IMG/VR virus record: IMGVR_UViG_2563366850_000002
Strand: one strand, 5' to 3'
Origin: a virus
Taxonomy: Duplodnaviria > Heunggongvirae > Uroviricota > Caudoviricetes
Length of the DNA stretch: 3,198 nucleotides
The position numbers were made by a program, and so were the translations under genes. Positions within the stretch are counted from its first letter, which is position 1. Each line of letters opens with the position of its first letter. Below, piece by piece: positions 1 to 3,198 of this stretch. The notes under the pieces are model-generated. The model was not told the DNA's origin and did no database searches. It saw only the letters and a list, made by a program, of their open reading frames with translations.

Positions 1-351
1 ACCGTCGCCCCCGCCCGTCTGCGTGAGGCCATCAAGTCAGGCATGGCGGAGACGAATGCGGAGCTGTACGAGTACCGCGAACAGAAAATTGCCGCCGGTT
101 TTACGCGTCTGGCGGACGTCCCGGCGGACGACATCGACGGTGAAAGCATCAAGGTTTTTTACTACGAGCGCGCCGTGTGTGCGATGGCGACCGCGTCGCT
201 TTATGAGCGTTACCGCGGCGTGGATGCCAGTGCGAAAGGCGACAAGAAGGCCGACAGCATTGACAGCACCATTGATGAACTGTGGCGGGATATGCGCTGG
301 GCGGTGGCGCGTATCCAGGACAAGCCGCGCTGCATCGTGAGTCAAATCTGA
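1..351 (+). CDS. L: Head completion/stabilisation protein gpL (P2-like), C-terminal ~116 codons plus stop; 5' end lies outside the window start and the N-terminal part is at 3015..3198
   Basis: Frame 1 is open from position 1 and reads TVAPARLREAIKSGMAETNAELYEYREQKIAAGFTRLADVPADDIDGESIKVFYYERAVCAMATASLYERYRGVDASAKGDKKADSIDSTIDELWRDMRWAVARIQDKPRCIVSQI, ending at TGA 349..351. This matches my recollection of the P2 gpL C-terminus. The stop overlaps the next start by 1 nt (TGATG), as expected for adjacent phage late genes. Confidence 0.85.
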   Translation, partial: TVAPARLREAIKSGMAETNAELYEYREQKIAAGFTRLADVPADDIDGESIKVFYYERAVCAMATASLYERYRGVDASAKGDKKADSIDSTIDELWRDMRWAVARIQDKPRCIVSQI

Positions 352-554
352 TGAAGACCTTTGCGCTACAGGGCGACACGCTCGACGCCATTTGTGTCCG
401 GTATTACGGGCGCACTGAGGGCGTGGTCGAGACTGTGCTCGCCGCAAATCCGGGACTGGCTGAACTGGGTGCGGTGCTGCCGCACGGCACCGCCGTCGAA
501 CTGCCCGACGTTCAGACCGCGCCCGTGGCTGAAACTGTCAATCTGTGGGAGTAA
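351..554 (+). CDS. X: Tail protein X (P2 gpX-like, small LysM-like protein), 67 aa, apparently intact
   Basis: ATG at 351..353 and TAA at 552..554. The translation MKTFALQGDTLDAICVRYYGRTEGVVETVLAANPGLAELGAVLPHGTAVELPDVQTAPVAETVNLWE matches recalled P2 gpX in length and sequence. Native L-X-Y order is preserved. Confidence 0.85.
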   Translation: MKTFALQGDTLDAICVRYYGRTEGVVETVLAANPGLAELGAVLPHGTAVELPDVQTAPVAETVNLWE

Positions 555-557
555 CGC

Positions 558-842
558 ATGACAGCAGAAGAAAAAAGCGTCCTGTCGCTTTTCGTGATTG
601 GGGTGCTGATTGTTGTCGGCAAGGTGCTTGCCGGTGGTGAACCCATCACCCCGCGTCTGTTTATCGGGCGCATGTTGCTCGGTGGTTTTGTCTCGATGGT
701 TGCCGGTGTTGTTCTGGTGCAGTTTCCTGACCTGTCACTGCCTGCGGTGTGCGGCATCGGCTCCATGCTGGGTATCGCCGGTTATCAGGTGATTGAGATT
801 GCCATTCAGCGCCGCTTTAAGGGCAGGGGGAAGCGGAATTAA
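558..842 (+). CDS. Y: Holin (P2 gpY-like), 94 codons; the last 2-3 codons may derive from the junction with the V fragment
   Basis: ATG at 558 is preceded by GGGAG about 7 nt upstream. The translation MTAEEKSVLSLFVIGVLIVVGKVLAGGEPITPRLFIGRMLLGGFVSMVAGVVLVQFPDLSLPAVCGIGSMLGIAGYQVIEIAIQRRFKGRGKRN has hydrophobic transmembrane segments and a basic C-terminus, and matches recalled P2 holin gpY. TAA at 840..842. Confidence 0.85.
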   Translation: MTAEEKSVLSLFVIGVLIVVGKVLAGGEPITPRLFIGRMLLGGFVSMVAGVVLVQFPDLSLPAVCGIGSMLGIAGYQVIEIAIQRRFKGRGKRN

Positions 843-1104
843 AACGGCCAGCGTGACGGCTTCTGATTCTGTTACTGCCACGGTGCCGGTGGTCATGGTG
901 AAAGCATCAACCCGCGTCACCCTGGACACACCGGAGGTGGTCTGCACCAACAGGCTGATTACCGGCACGCTGGAAGTGCAGAAGGGCGGGACGATGCGCG
1001 GCAACATTGAACACACCGGCGGTGAACTCTCATCAAACGGGAAGGTACTGCATACCCATAAACACCCCGGCGACAGCGGCGGCACAACCGGGGGACCTCT
1101 ATGA
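832..1104 (+). pseudogene. V: 3' fragment (~90 codons) of baseplate spike gene V (P2 gpV-like); the 5' ~120 codons are missing and there is no native start
   Basis: Frame 1 reads SGIKTASVTASDSVTATVPVVMVKASTRVTLDTPEVVCTNRLITGTLEVQKGGTMRGNIEHTGGELSSNGKVLHTHKHPGDSGGTTGGPL, ending at TGA 1102..1104. This matches the recalled C-terminal third of P2 gpV. The six-frame ORF 793..1104 starts at an ATG inside the holin gene in another frame and is not a native start. The ATGA stop/start overlap with W is preserved. Confidence 0.8.
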
Positions 1105-1448
1105 CAGCGCGTTATCTCGGAATGAATCGCAGTGATGGCCTGACTGTCACTGACCTTGAGCATATCAGCCAGAGTATCGGCGATATCCTGCGCACGCCGG
1201 TCGGCTCACGGGTGATGCGTCGTGATTACGGCTCGTTGCTGGCGTCAATGATTGACCAGCCGCAGACCCCGGCGCTTGAGTTGCAGATTAAGGTCGCCTG
1301 TTACATGGCGGTGCTGAAATGGGAACCCCGCGTCACCCTGTCATCTGTCACCACGGCGCGCAGTTTTGACGGGCGAATGACGGTCACGTTAACCGGCCAG
1401 CACAACGACACCGGCCAGCCACTTTCGTTAACCATCCCTGTGAGTTGA
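1101..1448 (+). CDS. W: Baseplate wedge protein gpW (gp25/GPW family), 115 aa, intact
   Basis: ATG at 1101 overlaps the V stop (ATGA). The translation MTARYLGMNRSDGLTVTDLEHISQSIGDILRTPVGSRVMRRDYGSLLASMIDQPQTPALELQIKVACYMAVLKWEPRVTLSSVTTARSFDGRMTVTLTGQHNDTGQPLSLTIPVS matches recalled P2 gpW with the expected length. TGA at 1446..1448. Confidence 0.9.
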   Translation: MTARYLGMNRSDGLTVTDLEHISQSIGDILRTPVGSRVMRRDYGSLLASMIDQPQTPALELQIKVACYMAVLKWEPRVTLSSVTTARSFDGRMTVTLTGQHNDTGQPLSLTIPVS

Positions 1449-1452
1449 AACT

Positions 1453-1626
1453 ATGCCGATTATCGACCTGAACCAGCTACCCGCACCGGATGTGGTCGAG
1501 GAGCTGGACTTTGAAACCATTCTTGCCGAACGCAAGGCGACACTGATTTCCCTTTATCTGGGAGCTTTACGCCGCAACCGGTGTGGATGCCGTACCGATT
1601 CGTTTTGCAGGCTCTTACCAGCGTGA
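1453..1626 (+). pseudogene. J: 5' fragment of baseplate gene J (P2 gpJ-like): about 35 native codons (1453..~1557), then out-of-frame read-through into FII-derived sequence, stopping at TGA 1624..1626 (57-codon ORF)
   Basis: ATG at 1453 lies 4 nt after the W stop. The N-terminus MPIIDLNQLPAPDVVEELDFETILAERKATLISLY matches recalled P2 gpJ, then the sequence diverges (LGALRRNRCGCRTDSFCRLLPA*). Native gpJ is about 300 aa. Confidence 0.8.
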
Positions 1627-1861
1627 CGATACCGGCGAAACGGTGGCCGTCGAGGTGGTCATGCGTGGACGTCAGAAAGAAATCGACACCGGCGAGGGTA
1701 AACAGGGAGAAGACACCGAGTCGAAAATCTCCGTGGTCTGCACTTATTTCCGGCTGACGATGGACGGTAAGGAGCTGGTCGAAATTGACACCATCAACAT
1801 GATTGAGAAGGTGAACGGCGTCGACCGGCTGGAGCAACACCGCCGCAATATCGGCCTGTGA
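1553..1861 (+). pseudogene. FII: 3' fragment (~100 codons) of tail tube gene FII (P2 gpFII-like), copy 1; no native start codon
   Basis: Frame 2 reads (F)IWELYAATGVDAVPIRFAGSYQRDDTGETVAVEVVMRGRQKEIDTGEGKQGEDTESKISVVCTYFRLTMDGKELVEIDTINMIEKVNGVDRLEQHRRNIGL, ending at TGA 1859..1861. This matches the recalled C-terminal ~60% of P2 gpFII. There is an in-frame stop at 1544..1546. The tracked ORF 1583..1861 begins at an internal GTG with no Shine-Dalgarno. Confidence 0.8.
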
Positions 1862-1868
1862 TTTTCAT

Positions 1869-1889
1869 CCGGTCAGCCTGGCTGACCGG
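1869..1889 (+). other. Perfect inverted repeat/stem-loop in the FII-E intergenic region (CCGGTCAGC ctg GCTGACCGG), copy 1
   Basis: A 9-bp perfect stem with a 3-nt loop, 8 nt after the FII stop. No run of T follows it, so it is not a canonical intrinsic terminator. It may be an RNA stability or attenuation element within the operon. Confidence 0.5.
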
Positions 1890-1917
1890 TTAACCCTGAT
1901 TCATAAGTGAGAAAACC

Positions 1918-2106
1918 ATGAACAAAGAAAATGTCATTACCCTGGACAATCCGGTCAAACGTGGTGAGCAGGTTATCGAACAGGTCACGCTGATGAAACC
2001 CAGTGCCGGGACGCTGCGCGGTGTCAGTCTGGCAGCGGTCGCGAACTCCGAAGTCGATGCACTGATTAACGTGCTGCCGCGCATGACGAACGCAAGGCGA
2101 CACTGA
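1918..2106 (+). pseudogene. E: Truncated copy of tail assembly chaperone gene E: 57 native codons fused at the duplication junction to 5 non-native codons (NARRH) and a stop
   Basis: ATG at 1918. MNKENVITLDNPVKRGEQVIEQVTLMKPSAGTLRGVSLAAVANSEVDALINVLPRMT is identical to the start of the full E copy at 2478 except N versus K at one residue. It diverges after 2088 into J-derived sequence read out of frame. The frameshift site and E' extension are absent from this copy. Confidence 0.8.
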
Positions 2107-2112
2107 TTTCCC

Positions 2113-2421
2113 TTTATCTGGGAGCTTTACGCCGCAACCGGTGTGGATGCCGTACCGATTCGTTTTGCAGGCTCTTACCAGCGTGACGATACCGGCGAAA
2201 CGGTGGCCGTCGAGGTGGTCATGCGTGGACGTCAGAAAGAAATCGACACCGGCGAGGGTAAACAGGGAGAAGACACCGAGTCGAAAATCTCCGTGGTCTG
2301 CACTTATTTCCGGCTGACGATGGACGGTAAGGAGCTGGTCGAAATCGACACCATCAACATGATTGAGAAGGTGAACGGCGTCGACCGGCTGGAGCAACAC
2401 CGCCGCAATATCGGCCTGTGA
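2113..2421 (+). pseudogene. FII: 3' fragment of tail tube gene FII, copy 2 (duplicate of 1553..1861)
   Basis: Identical to copy 1 at a 560-nt offset except one synonymous difference (1786 T versus 2346 C, ATT/ATC Ile). TGA at 2419..2421. Confidence 0.8.
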
Positions 2422-2428
2422 TTTTCAT

Positions 2429-2449
2429 CCGGTCAGCCTGGCTGACCGG
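2429..2449 (+). other. Same inverted repeat/stem-loop, copy 2 (inside the duplicated unit)
   Basis: Identical sequence at a 560-nt offset. Confidence 0.5.
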
Positions 2450-2477
2450 TTAACCCTGATTCATAAGTGAGAAAACC

Positions 2478-2753
2478 ATGAACAAAGAAAATGTCATTAC
2501 CCTGGACAATCCGGTCAAACGTGGTGAGCAGGTTATCGAACAGGTCACGCTGATGAAACCCAGTGCCGGGACGCTGCGCGGTGTCAGTCTGGCAGCGGTC
2601 GCGAACTCCGAAGTCGATGCACTGATTAAGGTGCTGCCGCGCATGACGGCACCGATGCTGACCGAGCAGGAAGTCGCCGCGCTGGAACTGCCTGACCTTG
2701 TGGCGCTGGCCGGTAAGGTGGTCGGTTTTTTGTCGCCGAACTCGGTGCAGTAA
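2478..2753 (+). CDS. E: Tail assembly chaperone gpE (P2-like), 91 aa, intact; analogue of lambda G
   Basis: ATG at 2478, TAA at 2751..2753. The translation MNKENVITLDNPVKRGEQVIEQVTLMKPSAGTLRGVSLAAVANSEVDALIKVLPRMTAPMLTEQEVAALELPDLVALAGKVVGFLSPNSVQ matches recalled P2 gpE. The native position after FII is preserved. Confidence 0.9.
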   Translation: MNKENVITLDNPVKRGEQVIEQVTLMKPSAGTLRGVSLAAVANSEVDALIKVLPRMTAPMLTEQEVAALELPDLVALAGKVVGFLSPNSVQ

Positions 2754-2905
2754 CGTTCCCGAAAAATCTGTCGGTCGATGACCTGATGGCGGATGTGGCA
2801 GTGATATTTCACTGGCCGCCATCAGAACTGTATCCCATGAGCCTGACCGAACTCATCACATGGCGCGAAAAGGCGCTCCGGCGAAGCGGAAACACGAATG
2901 AGTAA
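2478..2905 (+). CDS. E': gpE+E' (P2-like), made by programmed -1 ribosomal frameshift at 2726..2732; extension ends at TAA 2903..2905 (about 142 aa total)
   Basis: The slippery heptamer T_TTT_TTG sits in the E frame near the E 3' end. The -1 frame downstream is open and reads VAELGAVTFPKNLSVDDLMADVAVIFHWPPSELYPMSLTELITWREKALRRSGNTNE*, matching the recalled P2 E' C-terminus. Confidence 0.8.
2726..2732 (+). promoter_or_regulatory. Programmed -1 frameshift slippery sequence (TTTTTTG) for E to E+E' recoding
   Basis: The heptamer T TTT TTG is in the X_XXY_YYZ register relative to the E frame (codons TTT 2727..2729, TTG 2730..2732), with an extended open -1 frame downstream. Recoding at this kind of site in P2-like E/E' and lambda G/GT is established knowledge. 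Confidence 0.75.
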
Positions 2906-3014
2906 CAATGTAAAATTACCGAATGCGCCCCGCGCCAGGGCGGCACGCCGGTCAGTGAGGGTGAATCACCTGACACTGCACCGGCGTCCACCGCCCGACT
3001 TTTCAGAGGTGGTC

Positions 3015-3198
3015 ATGATGACGCTGATTATTCCGCGAAAGGAGGCTCCCGTGTCCGGTGAGGGTACGGTGGTCATCCCGCAACCGGCAGGCGACGAGCC
3101 GGTGATTAAAAACACGTTCTTTTTTCCCGATATCGACCCGAAGCGCGTCCGGGAACGTATGCGCCTTGAGCAGACCGTCGCCCCCGCCCGTCTGCGTG
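3015..3198 (+). CDS. L: Head completion/stabilisation protein gpL, N-terminal 61 codons; continues beyond the window end and is in frame with 1..351
   Basis: ATGATG at 3015 is preceded by GAGGTGG 4 nt upstream. The translation MMTLIIPRKEAPVSGEGTVVIPQPAGDEPVIKNTFFFPDIDPKRVRERMRLEQTVAPARLR matches the recalled P2 gpL N-terminus. The last 25 nt are identical to window positions 1..25 and the frames agree. Confidence 0.85.
   Translation, partial: MMTLIIPRKEAPVSGEGTVVIPQPAGDEPVIKNTFFFPDIDPKRVRERMRLEQTVAPARLR
3174..3198 (+). repeat. Terminal 25-nt identity with window positions 1..25 (ACCGTCGCCCCCGCCCGTCTGCGTG), consistent with circular or tandem-unit topology with a 3173-bp unit
   Basis: Direct comparison of the window ends. 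Joining them reconstitutes a 510-nt (169 aa plus stop) gpL ORF, the expected size for P2 gpL. Confidence 0.9.

Larger units (their letters stand above)
1527..2088 (+). repeat. Direct tandem duplication, copy 1 (562 bp including 2-nt junction overlap; period 560 bp)
   Basis: Base-by-base comparison with 2087..2648 shows identity except 1786 T versus 2346 C and 2070 C versus 2630 G. The unit contains about 28 bp of J sequence, the J/FII junction, the FII 3' part, the FII-E intergenic hairpin and E codons 1-57. Confidence 0.95.
2087..2648 (+). repeat. Direct tandem duplication, copy 2
   Basis: See copy 1. The copies abut with a 2-nt overlap (CG at 2087..2088). The sequences diverge immediately outside the unit (1526 C versus 2086 A; 2089 A versus 2649 G). 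Confidence 0.95.

Noticed and set aside
37-447. Minus-strand ORF of 136 aa antisense to gpL/gpX
   Set aside because: It lies entirely antisense to well-recognised phage genes in GC-rich DNA, and its Arg/Ala/Pro-rich, low-complexity translation is typical of spurious antisense ORFs.
23-792. Plus-strand alternative-frame ORFs 23..340, 361..561 and 610..792
   Set aside because: They overlap L, X and Y in other frames, have Arg/Cys/Trp-rich compositions and lack ribosome-binding sites. They are by-products of GC-rich coding DNA.
735-1163. Minus-strand ORF of 142 aa antisense to the holin 3' end, V fragment and W start
   Set aside because: Antisense to recognised genes, no resemblance to any protein family I know, and it spans a rearrangement junction.
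1583-1861. ORF 1583..1861 (and its duplicate 2143..2421) as a stand-alone 92-aa gene
   Set aside because: It begins at an internal GTG of the FII tail-tube gene with no Shine-Dalgarno. It is a 3' gene fragment, not an independent gene.
1869-1889. Hairpin as a rho-independent terminator
   Set aside because: The perfect stem is followed by TTAACCCTGATTC and not a U-tract, and it sits inside an operon where read-through into E is required.
1527-2648. Tandem direct repeat as a CRISPR array or satellite repeat
   Set aside because: There are only two copies of a 560-bp unit made of recognisable coding sequence, with no short repeat-spacer periodicity. It is a segmental duplication.
1460-2822. Minus-strand ORFs 1460..1840, 1873..2400, 1890..2084, 2433..2822 and 2450..2812
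   Set aside because: All are antisense to the FII/E sequences. Their near-identical translations simply mirror the 560-bp tandem duplication, so they are not paralogous genes.
2898-3014. In-frame ATG at 2898 that would extend gpL by 39 residues at the N-terminus
   Set aside because: The ATGATG at 3015 has a strong GAGGTGG Shine-Dalgarno and gives the recalled gpL N-terminus. The upstream ATG overlaps the E' stop, has no ribosome-binding site and lies in junction-derived sequence.
2906-3014. Sigma-70 promoter or Ogr-type late promoter (TGT-N12-ACA) in the E'-L spacer
   Set aside because: There is a CTGACA -35-like hexamer near 2973 but no acceptable -10 at appropriate spacing, and TGT at 2909 is not followed by ACA after 12 nt. 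No convincing promoter.
1-3198. A novel defence or accessory system
   Set aside because: Every ORF with coding support is a recognisable P2-type virion or lysis gene or a fragment of one. The P2 accessory hotspots (e.g. near old/tin/fun) are not in the regions represented here.

Overview
This window is a rearranged mosaic of late (virion and lysis) genes from a P2-like (Peduovirus-type) temperate phage of Enterobacteriaceae, all on the + strand. I recognise the products by recalled similarity to phage P2 proteins; no search or alignment was run. Three blocks keep native internal gene order but are joined at non-native junctions that fall inside coding sequences: (i) gpL - gpX - holin gpY; (ii) a 3' fragment of spike gene V - intact gpW - the first ~35 codons of J; (iii) a 3' fragment of tail-tube gene FII - E/E'. 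Block iii is interrupted by a 560-bp direct tandem duplication (1527..2088 and 2087..2648, two mismatches), which leaves one truncated and one intact copy of E. The last 25 nt of the window equal the first 25 nt, and gpL is split across the window ends in a consistent frame, so the sequence behaves as a ~3173-bp circular or tandemly repeated unit. Intact ORFs are L (if joined across the ends), X, Y, W and E/E'. The endolysin and lysis accessory genes, tail completion genes, tail fibre genes, sheath, tape measure and the native late promoters are all absent. I see no CRISPR array, tRNA, rRNA, transposase or recognisable defence system. The notable content is the set of novel junctions, the duplication and the apparent circularity, which could reflect a degraded prophage remnant, a circular recombination product, or a chimeric assembly or construct.
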